A DNA stretch of 64,000 nt from assembly GCA_002269645.1 (NCBI GenBank), contig NIVC01002216.1:124001-188000 (forward strand), written 5' to 3'. This document shows, piece by piece, positions 1 to 24,900 of the stretch. The notes beneath the pieces are model-generated. The model was not told where the DNA came from. It saw only the letters and a list, made by a program, of their open reading frames with translations, and did no database searches. A program made the translations under genes and the position numbers. The stretch comes from Macrostomum lignano. Taxonomy: Eukaryota. Each line of letters begins with the position of its first letter. The stretch's first letter is position 1.

Positions 1-310
1 ACCCGATAGCACTGGCAAGGCATTTCTAAACTGGCGTCTCGACCAATAGGAGCTCGTCTGCGAGCTTCCCGCTCTCTGATTGGTTGAGAATTTTGCCTTC
101 TATTTTTATGGACCCACTTGATGGCGTTTAAAAACTGATTGCATTTGAGAAATTTAAAGACTTGCCGGAGACTTTAACACCGAGTGATCCTACACAATGC
201 GGAGATTAAACGATTTTTGTAGCTCATGAGATTTGCTTTTTTGCCGAAGTTTTGCCAAATCTTGCCAAGACAAGTGAGCCAATCAAAACATCTACTCGAT
301 TCTGGACTTT

Positions 311-472
311 GCCGATACTTGAGCAGTGTCGCAACTCGAGCAGTGCCGATACCAGTGCCGCTACTTGAGCAGTGCCGCTACTTGAGCAGTGCCGCTACTT
401 GAGCAGTGCCGCTACTTGAGCAGTGCCGCTACTTGAGCAGTGCCGCTACTTGAGCAGTGCCGCTACTTGAGC
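311..472. repeat. 17-bp minisatellite (CTTGAGCAGTGCCGCTA)n, about 9 copies
   Basis: Direct tandem units visible, degenerate at the left end. Confidence 0.9.
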
Positions 473-776
473 GGAAAAAAATCGGAGCTATCCAATGCAG
501 TTAAAAATTCTAATGTTCTAAAAATGAGACACTTTTATTTTTGAATGAAGTGTTTTTAACAAGCAAGCAGGGGGCGCTTATAAATAAAGCAATGAAATCT
601 AGGTCATACAGTGTGCCGCTCTGCCTTTTCAGCTGAGAAAGGTGCGCGAAAAACAGAGAATTGTTATGAAACAGAGATATTAAATCTACAGAATACAATT
701 TCTGCAACAACCAAAAGAAACTGCCTAGTCCTTGGCATGCATTTTTCTTGAGTTTTCTCTTCCAGTTTGGACAAAG

Positions 777-7073
<6,297 letters not shown>

Positions 7074-7339
7074 GCTGAGAGCTGTTTCGTACCTTCTATT
7101 ATTATACGAGTATTTTTTGTTGAGCAGTCGCGCTGATAGCAAATGAGGGAAAGGATGTACTTTTCAAAATATTTTCATAAAACGCGTCAGCTGCAGCAGC
7201 TTCCAGAAATTGCCTCGAGTGATTCTAAACTGTCTATGGGCCTGTGACTTTCTTGTGCTTGCTGGCTGTCTTGAAGAGAGACCCACTGACTCGTACGTGT
7301 AAAGCAAATTTAGAAATCATTTATTTTAAAGTGCTGCAA

Positions 7340-8735
7340 ATGCGTGCCACTGCTTTCAATTGCTTTGTTCTCCTGCCTCTGCTGCTCCTGCTGAGTCGGG
7401 TCGGTTCTGCCTGCAAGAGCGGCGGTACTGGTAAGCTGACGCAGTCCTTCCTCAGCTTCAGGGCAGCCAACACCTTGGTTCCACAATCTTAAAACCACCA
7501 AAGTGATGGGCCAGAATCCCAGCCTTCTGAAACTTTAGGTTAGGGGTCGGCAAACTCTGGCCCGCGGACCACATGCAGCCCGCTAAGCCTCTCTACTTTG
7601 GCCCTCGGAGGGTCCTATATTCTATATTCTATCTGGCCCTGAAGCCCTCAAATACTATTGGCTTCTTGAGTTGATTTTCTTATTTATTTCTGAGTTACAT
7701 GGGGTGTAAACCGTGGGGAGTGTAATGTATTTGGGTTGAAGCTACATATAAATGAAGCTTAAATTAAATTCAAATTCAGCACTCCTAGTCCCCCATGGAG
7801 ACAAAGCTATGATCCTATCAAACATGAACTATTTTATTTATATACCTAAAGTTCAAGAAGTTCAAAATTCTCAGACCCCGGATTTCAAAATTAAACTGTG
7901 CTCCTGAAGATTCTTTAAAAAATATTGAAAATTCAAATCGTGCAGCAGCAATCCACCCCGTCCCAATGCCCTCCACAGCAGCCACTGCCGGTAGAACTTC
8001 GACCAGAGTCAATCGGCCTTCATCTGTGCAGGCCGCGGCGGCGACTTCCGCGGAAAAAGTGGAGCAACTCGCGACAGAGGATGCTGCCGTGCCCACGGCT
8101 CCAGGGACTGCGGGGTCAGGAACGCCTGACGCCGGCAAAGCGGTTCTATCGCGGTAGGGGAGGGAGCTGCTTCTCGGTTCTGACACACCTGGTTCCCGGC
8201 TCTGACACACCTGGTTCCCGGCTCTGACATACCTGGTTCCCGGCTCTGACGTACCTGGTTTCTCGGCTCTGACATACCTGGTTCCCGGCTCTGACATACC
8301 TGGTTCCCGGCTCTGACGTACCTGGTTTCTCGGCTCTGACACACCTGGTTCGCGGCTCTGACATACCTGGTTCCCGGCTCTGACACACCAGGTTCCCGGC
8401 TCTGACATACCTGGTTTCTCGGCTCTGACACACCTGGTTCCCGGCTCTGACATACCTGGTTCCCGGCTCTGACACATCTGGTTCCCGGCTCTGACCCCCT
8501 GGTTCCCGGCTCTGAAGCACATGATTCCTTTCTCTGACACAGCACTGACTCACCTTTCTGCAGTAGTGAAATTATAACAAAGACTGTTTATTTCAATATC
8601 TGCAGAGAGGCCTTAAAACCCTCGATGACAAAACCGGAAGATGAACCGAAGCCGAGGCCTCAGTCTGGATCAGGAAAGCAGAAGACAGAAGCCACAGAGA
8701 CGGTCGCAGTGAAGGCAATCGCTGGCGCCGCTTAG
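7340..8735 (+). CDS. Gene B: small secreted low-complexity (Ala/Thr/Ser/Pro) protein, about 131 aa, 3 exons (7340-7430, 7979-8153, 8606-8735)
   Basis: Signal-peptide-like MRATAFNCFVLLPLLLLLSRVGSAC. Junctions ACTG|gtaagc, acag|CAGCC, TCGCG|gtaggg and gcag|AGAGG keep frame (phases 1, 2) to TAG at 8733-8735. Confidence 0.65.
8170..8520. repeat. 22-bp minisatellite (CCTGGTTCCCGGCTCTGACAYA)n in intron 2 of gene B
   Basis: Tandem units starting just after the donor site. Confidence 0.92.
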
Positions 8736-9085
8736 GGGATCGGGGAGAATTTCATTGTGACAATGATCGCATGTTTAGTGATAGACTTATTTCTCCATGA
8801 GCATTTCTTTTCTCTTCAGCATGAGTCGCATGCCCTTTGTTTTTCCGCAGGCACGAGACATTGGCTAGGTTAGCTTAAAACCTTTGCTTACAAATAATTT
8901 TCACCATTTACGGTAAATCAGCATTGAGCTGAAGAGATTTCTATGAGCGCAGTATCGATACAAAGTTATTTAAAATTTAACAATAAACAAAAAGATTCAA
9001 GTAGCTTTTTGAGCTGAAAATCGATTCAATTCGAAGCAGACTGGTAATCTGTGTTCGACTCTTCACTATACGATGTGTCACAAGT

Positions 9086-9222
9086 GCTCACTCACTCACT
9101 CACTCACTCACTCACTCACTCACTCACTCACTCACTCACTCACTCACTCACTCACTCACTCACTCACTCACTCACTCACTCACTCACTCACTCACTCACT
9201 CACTCACTCACTCACTCACTCA
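9086..9222. repeat. (ACTC)n microsatellite
   Basis: Direct. Confidence 0.97.
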
Positions 9223-9294
9223 CACTCCCTCATAAAGTCATGAACTCATGAAAGCAAATTCGATGTGTTGCTTTGAAAATGACTTCAGCGAGCA

Positions 9295-9630
9295 TGTCAC
9301 CAACCTATCAACACCCTGTCACCACCCTGTCACCACCCTGTCACCTCCCTATCACCACCATGTCACCACCCTGTCACCACCCTGTCACCACCCTGTCACC
9401 ACCCTGTCACCACCCTGTCACACCCTGTCACCTCCCTATCACCACCATGTCACCACCCTGTCACCACCCTGTCACCACCCTATCACCACCCTGTCACCAC
9501 CCTGTCACACCCTGTCACCTCCCTATCACCACCATGTCACCACCCTGTCACCACCCTGTCACCTCCCTATCAACACCCTGTCACCACCCTGTCACCACCC
9601 TGTCACACCCTGTCACCACCCTGTCACCAC
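9295..9630. repeat. 11-bp minisatellite (CACCACCCTGT)n
   Basis: Tandem units with variants. Confidence 0.92.
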
Positions 9631-9945
9631 TCTGTTGCACCGGTTAAAATTATCGGTAGGGGTAGAGCAAGTAAGATCAGATACCGGATGTAGGTGTCGG
9701 TAGGGGAGATCAGAAGCCGAATGTAGCAATGGGTTCTACGGTTTCTGTGAGGGATGCTCGAGTGATCATGAGGTCACAGCGTAATGTCTATGGTCCAAAG
9801 TGTCCAGAAAGTCTCTAAAAATTCACCGATAAAATGCGATAAAACCAACAGTTTCAAAGCGAGAAGTGCAGCAAAAAATTTGCCCAATAGAAGATGCTTT
9901 CAGAAGTTGAAGAGCTCTAATCAGACTCAGCGGTCGGTCAGTGTG

Positions 9946-12200
<2,255 letters not shown>

Positions 12201-12881
12201 CATTGACCTGGGCTGAGCGCCTCCTGACTTCCTAGCAGCACGCGTAGCTTTATTTTGAGGATCGTTAACTTACTTTTTTGCAGGCAGGTTTCGAAAATAA
12301 AATACAGTTTTGAGAATATTTTGAGGCTTTTTATTTTTTCATCGGGTTCTGAGAAAAAAATAGCGAAAATGTGTTCAAAGGTGTTTTTTAATTAATTTAG
12401 TCTATGGCTAAAAAGTGTCCCGCTGGGAAAACTTTAGCTGCGACGACGAAGGAGGGAAGGATTCAGGGATAAGGAAGGAGGGATTTTAATTTCATTTTTT
12501 CTTAGTTTACAATTCCATACAAATATTACAATTAATTTGAATTTGCTGCAATTTCTAGTCAAATACAAGCGAAGCGATTCGATGTATAATACTTAGTAAG
12601 GCTTTGTTTGATCGAGTCAAAATCGACAAGGCTGTCGTCTTCTACTACCCTGTCGTGCTAGTCGTCACCATGTCGGTCGCTGCAAATTTTTTTAGTGGGG
12701 TGACTTGTCAGCAAATTTAAGAGACTACTAGAGGCTTTCTCTGCAGGATTCAGACAAAGCTTTTTATTTGCTTACACAGTCTATGGAAATTCACTGCTTT
12801 TTGTCTGGCAATACTGAAAATTGCCACAATAAATTGTGCGGCTTTATGCGAAAATACACGAAATCTGGTTAATTTTTGCAG

Positions 12882-17571
<4,690 letters not shown>

Positions 17572-18161
17572 CAACTGGACAATGCAGCAATTTTGATATA
17601 CATCGTACAAGTGTTTGTTTCCGGGACCCAAGCTATGCACGTATAAAATTTAATACATGTAATTGAACTCCTCCCCCCAATCTACATAATCTAATTACCT
17701 CAAACTTTTTCCAACAGGTGTTCCGATAGCAAGCTTTTGGGAACCGAAGCACCCATTTAAGTTTCTAGCTGATTTTATAACGATAATCTGAATTCGTCTC
17801 CCCCAAACACGGAAGGAGAGCGGGAAAGTATATTTAGGACTTGTAACAGGGTTTAATTAGGATAGGAAATTAAAGCACCCTTGAAACACCTTATTTTAAA
17901 AGCATTTCATTAATAAATATTCAATGCTATACTAAATATTCGAACAACTTTTTCCACCTAAGCCGTCGTCATCCTTTTGACAGCTAAAATGACGAGTTTA
18001 CATTGAAACACGCTAGACCGCCATTGTAGAACTCAAAACTACGGATCGGAAAACCAACACCCGAATAAATGATCATAGCCACTGTTTAGTGCTTCCTTAA
18101 TCGATAACCAGCATCTGGAATTTGTTTGCAGAAAAATTTGAACTCGTTAAGACTGGACTTG

Positions 18162-18792
18162 ACCCGGATCCAGGTGTGCTGTGGGTCGATTGATCGGAAC
18201 CATCTCGGATCCAGGTGTGCTGTGGGTCGATTGATCGGAACCATCTCGGATCCAGGTGTGCTGTGGGTCGATTGACCGGAACCATCTCGGATCCAGGTGT
18301 GCTGTGGGTCGATTGACCGGAACCATCTCGGATCCAGGTGTGCTGTGGGTCGATTGACTCGAACCATCTCGGATCCAGGTGTGCTGTGGGTCGATTGACC
18401 GGAACCATCTCGGATCCAGGTGTGCTGTGGGTCGATTGACCGGAACCATCTCGGATCCAGGTGTGCTGTGGGTCGATTGACCGGAACCATCTCGGATCCA
18501 GGTGTGCTGTGGGTCGATTGACCGGAACCATCTCGGATCCAGGTGTGCTGTGGGTCGATTGACTCGAACCATCTCAGATCCAGGTGTGCTGTGGGTCGAT
18601 TGACCGGAACCATCTCGGATCCAGGTGTGCTGTGGGTCGATTGACCGGAACCATCTCGGATCCAGGTGTGCTGTGGGTCGATTGACTCGAACCATCTCGG
18701 ATCCAGGTGTGCTGTGGGTCGATTGATCGGAACCATCTCGGATCCTGGTGTGCTGTGGGTCGATTGACCGGAACCAACCCGGATCCAGGTGA
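18162..18792. repeat. 41-bp minisatellite, left block (CGGATCCAGGTGTGCTGTGGGTCGATTGACCGGAACCATCT)n
   Basis: About 15 tandem units. Confidence 0.95.
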
Positions 18793-19949
18793 AGTCTTGA
18801 CTTACTTGACTCAGCTACAGGGGGCTCCGTGCATCCGGATGCAGCGAGGAGGCGTTGCCACCCATTTTGCTAACCCCTGGCGACCACGGGCAGCTGGTGA
18901 TCCGGTGGTGCCGGTGTCCGCAGCGCGGTTCCCTTCCAGGTGGATTGTCGCTTGCTCGGTAGCCCTCAGGTAGCGGACGAGCTGGCAGAGATTCTCAGGC
19001 CTAAAAACGTCGGAGAGGTCTGGGTTTGGGCCGAAGAAGGCCATTGTCACCGCCCTGATGTCCCTGCGGTTGAGACCAAGCAGGGCCCTGCGCAGGGCGG
19101 AGGAAGGACAGGGGACAGCCACGCGAGATTGCCGGCAGTCGGGGGTGTTAGCCCACCTCTCCGTGTGCCTTGAAGCCACCCACTGGTTGATTCGAGTAGT
19201 GACAACGGCGGTGGGGGCCACGGGCAGGGGACCAGTAAAAGAACCGGTCGAGGCAGCCTTTGCCAGGCGATCGGCCAGCTCGTTGCCGGGGTGGCCCGAG
19301 TGCCCGGGGATCCACCTTAGGGACACCTTGTTAGAGGCGCCTAAGCGGTGAGCTGCCCGATGCACTCGAGGACTGTATAGTACGCGAGCAGGTTGTGGTG
19401 CGCTCAAAGGCGTGGATCGCCGTTTGACTGTCCGAGGGAGGGTAATCTCCTTCCCCCAGACGCGCTGATTGTACAGCTCCATGGCACAGGAGCTGATGGG
19501 GAGAACTTCGTTCTGGAAATCGGTGGAGCAGGTGCCGGTGTGCTGGGAGAAGGTCGCCACGGTTCTCCCTCCAGACACGATGCAGTAGCCGTAGCCAGAG
19601 GCGGAGTTGATTTGGGACCCGTCAGTGAAGCAGTGGATTTCACGGGGTTTCCAGTTGTCCCTTGCTTCATGACGTGGTGGAATGCTGGTTTTGAATTTGA
19701 GCGGAGGGCAGAGCGTGGACGGGACGGCTTGGAGGAGGTCTCTGAGGACCGCGGGTGATGGTCCAGCCACAGTGGTGGTAACATCGTCCGCATAGCCGAA
19801 CTTTTGAACCGGGTCCGGATGCGGGCTGCAGAGTAGCTTGTCCACGTAAAAGTTCCAGAGAATCGGGCTAAGGACTCCACGTTGCCTTTCTGGACCTTCA
19901 CAGAGCGGGAGGGAGTGTCCCAGGATGAGCGAGATGGCAGTCCGATGGA
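18793..19949 (-). mobile_element. 5'-truncated, internally deleted non-LTR retrotransposon with RT and RNase H (I/R1/Loa-like group)
   Basis: RT remnants ([21 protein letters not shown]); RNase H motifs ([25 protein letters not shown], with SDSQ in a shifted frame). Short-repeat tail AGTCAAGTAAGTCAAG; 10-bp TSD ATCCAGGTGA (18783-18792, 19950-19959). Confidence 0.9.
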
Positions 19950-20195
19950 ATCCAGGTGAGGTCTGGGTCGATTGACCGGAACCAACCCGGATCCACGTGG
20001 TCTGGGTTGATTGACCGGAACCAACTCGGATCCAGTTGAGGTCTGGGTTGATTGACCGGAACCAATCCGGATCCAGTTGAGGTCTGGGTTGATTGACCGG
20101 AACCAACCCGGATCCAGGTGAGGTCTGGGTCGATTGACCGGAAAAAACCCAGATCCAGGTGTGGTCTGGGTCGACCGGAACCAACTCGGATCATC
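19950..20195. repeat. 41-bp minisatellite, right block (older, more diverged variant GTGAGGTCTGGG...AACCAACCC)
   Basis: About 6 degenerate units related to the left block. Confidence 0.9.
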
Positions 20196-20794
20196 TTCCC
20201 CGGATCTTTCGCCGGGAAAAAGTCAAAAGTGCCATGACCCAGAGCTGCACCTGCTGGAAATTCCCAAACCTCGGACCCGACTCCCTGACATCCAGACAAA
20301 ACACCCGGGTCAAAGTATTCAGCGGTTGTGCAACCGGTGACCTATTATTTTCATCGATTCGTGCACCAGCCGTCTGACTTGATGGCCGAACCGATTGCTG
20401 TGCGCCTTAAAATTTTCAAAAATCTGGAGATAATGGAATCCCTCATCATACAGATCTAAGCAGCACATTCTCACTTTGGTCAAAGCGTAAGCAACAGAAA
20501 TCCACATGAAAGCAACAATATATTTATCTATATCAATCTGATCGCATCCATTCAACTCAATGCGCAACAAACAGTGCATGGAATGAATCGCATGAGCCAG
20601 GGCTTAGAGCTAAAAATGACTGAAACTCAACAGATACTTTCTTGCACAGTATCCTGCGCGAGTTACTTTAAACGACTATGGAAAACAAGGTTAAATGAAA
20701 TAAAACTTATGGAGCTTGGAATGACAATTTAAGGAAAGGGGAATTACAAATTGAGAAAGTCACTTATGAATAAACACAGAAACATTGACACAAT

Positions 20795-21880
20795 TGGGAA
20801 GAGTGACACACAGGTGGGAAGAGTGACACACAGGTGGAAAGAGTGACACACAGCTGGGAAGAGTGACACACAGCTGGGAAGAGTGACACACAGGTGGAAA
20901 GAGTGACACACAGCTGGGAAGAGTGACACACAGCTGGGAAGAGCTGGGAGTGACACACAGCTGACACACAGCTGGGAAGAGTGACACACAGGTGGAAAGA
21001 GTGACACACAAGGTGGGAAGAGTGACACACAGGTGGGAAGAGTGACACACAGGTGGGAAGAGTGACACACAGGTGGGAAGAGTGACACACAGGTGGGAGA
21101 AATGACACACAGGTGGGAGGAGTGACACACAGGTGGGAAGAGTGACACACAGGTGGGAAGAGTGACACACAGGTGGGAGAAATGACACACAGGTGGGAGG
21201 AGTGACACACAGGTGGGAGAAATGACACAGGTGGGAGGAGTGACACACAGGTGGGAGGAGTGACACACAGGTGGGAGGAGTGACACACAGGTGGGAAGAG
21301 TGACACACAGGTGGAAAGAGTGACACACAGCTGGGAAGAGTGACACACAGGTGGAAAGAGTGACACACAAGGTGGGAAGAGTGACACACAGGTGGGAAGA
21401 GTGACACACAGGTGGGAAGAGTGACACACAGGTGGGAAGAGTGACACACAGGTGGGAGAAATGACACACAGGTGGGAGGAGTGACACACAGGTGGGAAGA
21501 GTGACACACAGGTGGGAGAAATGACACAGGTGGGAGGAGTGACACACAGGTGGGAGGAGTGACACACAGGTGTGAGGAGTGACACACAGGTGGGAAGAGT
21601 GACACACAGGTGGAAAGAGTGACACACAGCTGGGAAGAGTGACACACAGGTGGAAAGAGTGACACACAAGGTGGGAAGAGTGACACACAGGTGGGAGAAA
21701 TGACACACAGGTGGGAGGAGTGACACACAGGTGGGAAGAGTGACACACAGGTGGGAAGAGTGACACACAGGTGGGAGAAATGACACACAGGTGGGAGGAG
21801 TGACACACAGGTAGGAAGAGTGACACACAAGGTGGAAAGAGTGACACACAGGTAGGAGGAGTGACACAGGTGGGAAGAGT
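20795..21880. repeat. 20-bp minisatellite (GAGTGACACACAGGTGGGAA)n
   Basis: About 54 units with higher-order variant patterns. Confidence 0.95.
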
Positions 21881-21997
21881 GGTTTGAAAATACTTACAAA
21901 TTTCACGCTTCCTATTGCAAGTCTGCAAGCAAGCAGTCTAAAAAAGCAGTTAAACAGTCAAAAGTAACGCAAAAATTCTTGAGCCCGACGGCTTCAA

Positions 21998-24900
21998 TCA
22001 GCGCTGGTCCGTCGCCGAAGCAGCAGCGGCAGCAGCCGAATCGGTCGCAGACAGAAGCGGTGCCCGCGAGCACGAAAGCAGCGGGCAGGTCGGCGCCAGA
22101 GCGGTGCGCAGGAACTGCAGCAGCTCGCGCTCTTCAGGACTGCCCAGAGACCACAGGCTGTGCAGCAGCACCGGCCCGTTGCCCGTCTGCCGGAGCATCT
22201 GGGCCAGCCTGCGGGTGGGGGCGGCGGGTGTACATTCGACAGGCGATCGAGGACTGCGAGACCTCCCAGATCCTGTTGCTGAGCCAGCCTCCCAGATCTT
22301 CAGTTGCTGGGCCAGCCTCCCAGATCCTCAGTTGCTGGGTCAGCCTCTCAGATCCTCAGTTGCTGAGCCAGCCTCCCAGATCTTGCTGGGCCAGCCTCTC
22401 AGATCCTCAGTTGCTGGGCCAGCCTCTCAGATCCTCAGTTGCTGGGCCAGCCTCCCAGATCTTCAGTTGCTGGGCCAGCCTCCCAGATCCTCAGTTGCTG
22501 GGTCAGCCTCTCAGATCCTCAGTTGCTGAGCCAGCCTCCCAGATCTTGCTGGGCCAGCCTCTCAGATCCTCAGTTGCTGAGCCAGCCTCCCAGATCTTGC
22601 TGGGCCAGCCTCTCAGATCCTCAGTTGCTGGGCCAGCCTCTCAGATCCTCAGTTGCTGGGCCGGCCTCTCAGATCCTTAGTTGCTGGGCCAGCCTCTCAG
22701 ATCCTCAGTTGCTGGGCCAGCCTCCCAGATCCTCAGTTGCTGGGTCAGCCTCTCAGATCCTCAGTTGCTGAGCCAGCCTCCCAGATCTTGCTGGGCCAGC
22801 CTCTCAGATCCTCAGTTGCTGGGCCAGCCTGCCAGATCCTCAATTGCTGGGCCAGCCTCTCAGATCCTAAGTTGCAGTGCCAGCCTCCCAGAGTGTCAGT
22901 TTCTGGGCCAGCCTCCCAGAGTGTCAGTTTCTGGGCCAGCCTCCCAGAGTGTCAGTTTCTGGGCCAGCCTCCCAGATCCCCAGTTGCTGGGCCAGCCTCC
23001 CAGATCCCCAGCCGCTCACCGGTACAGCGCATAATAGTCGCAGACGGCATCCGCCAGCAGCCGCTTGGTCGCATTGACATCGCGGCTCGCCCGCAGGCGC
23101 AGGTCGAGAATTCGCTGCCGCAGCCTAACCGGGTTCTCGTCGTCAACAGAGTCGAGCAGAGCGGCTGACCAGGTCTTGGCAAATTCGGTGCAGTCTGGGG
23201 GAATTTATAAAGCAGTTCAAGACGACCTGTTAGCTACCTGGCTACTTGACAAATTCGTATGGACCTTAAACATAACTCAAAACTTTACTGAACTGATTGG
23301 ATGCCAGAGCAATGACCAACCCTGATTTGACGCCAGACTCACGCGCAAAATCCAGCGACACGGAGCGGCCGTTGATGCGCAAGACGGCCGACTGTGGGAA
23401 AAATTCTTCCCAAGCAGCTTCAGTCGCATCGGCGCCACCGGCCGAGGCGGCAACGGCGCTGGGCGCGTTGTCCATCAGGCGGCACTGGCCGATGAACCGC
23501 TCCACTTCTCGACGCCTAGCGAAATCGTCCTCGGTCGCGCATTCCACAGTCAGGCGGCAGCCGACGGACACCAGGGTGACCAGCTGGGGCAGCACCCCGC
23601 GCAGTAGCTTTACCGTGCGCTGCAGAGACGCCACCGTGGCCTCCTCCCAGACGGCGAAAGCCGCCGATGCTGCCGCCGCGGGGTCGGCAGCGCCGGCAAC
23701 AAAGCCGGGCACCTGCTCGCGCACATAGTCCAGCAGCTGGTCGTGGAAGCTGAATTTGTGGAGACGAAAAGAAGCAATGTATTTAGTATGGCTGGGTCAA
23801 TGGGTCAAGGGTTGAACAAGAGTGCCTCTGATAGGTTAGGAACTAGTAAGTCAGGGACTGGTGGGTCAGGACCTGCATAACTTATGGGTCAGGGTCAGGA
23901 CCTATACAAATGGTGGGTCAGGACCTATACAACTGGTGGGTCAGGACCTGTACAACTGGTGGGTCAGGACCTGTACAACTGGTGGGTCAGGACCTGTACA
24001 ACTGGTGGGTCAGGACCTGTAAAACTGGTGGGTCAGGACCTGTACAACTGGTGGGTCAGGACCTGTAAAACTGGTGGGTCAGGACCTGTAAAACTGGTGG
24101 GTCAGGACCTGTAAAACTGGTGGGTCAGGACCTGTACAACTGGTGGGTCAGGACCTGTACAACTGGTGGGTCAGGACCTGTACAACTGGTGGGTCAGGAC
24201 CTGTACAACTGGTGGGTCAGGACCTGTACAACTGGTGGGTCAGGACCTGTACAACTGGTGGGTCAGGACCTGTACAACTGGTGGTTCAGGACCTGTACAA
24301 CTGGTGGGTCAGGACCTGTACAACTGGTGGGTCAGGACCTGTACAACTGGTGGGTCAGGACCTGTACAACTGGTGGGTCAGGACCTGTACAACTAGTGGG
24401 TCAGGGACTTATACAACTGGTGGGTCAGGACCTGTAGTACAACTGGTGGGTCAGGGACTTTATAATAGCAGCCCAGTCCTCACGCGTCAAGCTTTTGCAG
24501 GCTGGAGTCCAGCAGGCAAACCAGATAGTCGCTGTCGAAGCAGAAGAACACGGCTAGCTTCTGGCCGCTGCCATCGGGATCTGACCTGGGGCGAATAAAT
24601 TAATGCACAGTTTTATTCTACTGAGCTCAGCTCAAACTAATCAAAAAGACTCACGCGCTCACCAGTCGAGCATGTCTGTTGTGCCAGCCAGAGCCTGCGG
24701 GCCTGAGCTGCCCAGTTTGCGACGCACCTGATTGGCCAGGCGCTCAACCAATGGTGCATCGACTGATGTAGCCAGGCAGTGCAGCTGTGCCACGCCTCCG
24801 TCTGGCCTGTTAAAGAGGTGTTTTTAGAATGATAAATCAACATAGAGATTTTGGTTGCCTAGAAGACCGACATTAGGAAAAAAAGATAAGAAATCAACAA

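Noticed and set aside
20744-24598. Cys/His/Pro-rich ORFs from the 20-, 28- and 23-bp arrays
   Set aside because: Several overlapping frames give the same periodic peptide; two of the arrays are inside introns of the Njmu-R1 gene.
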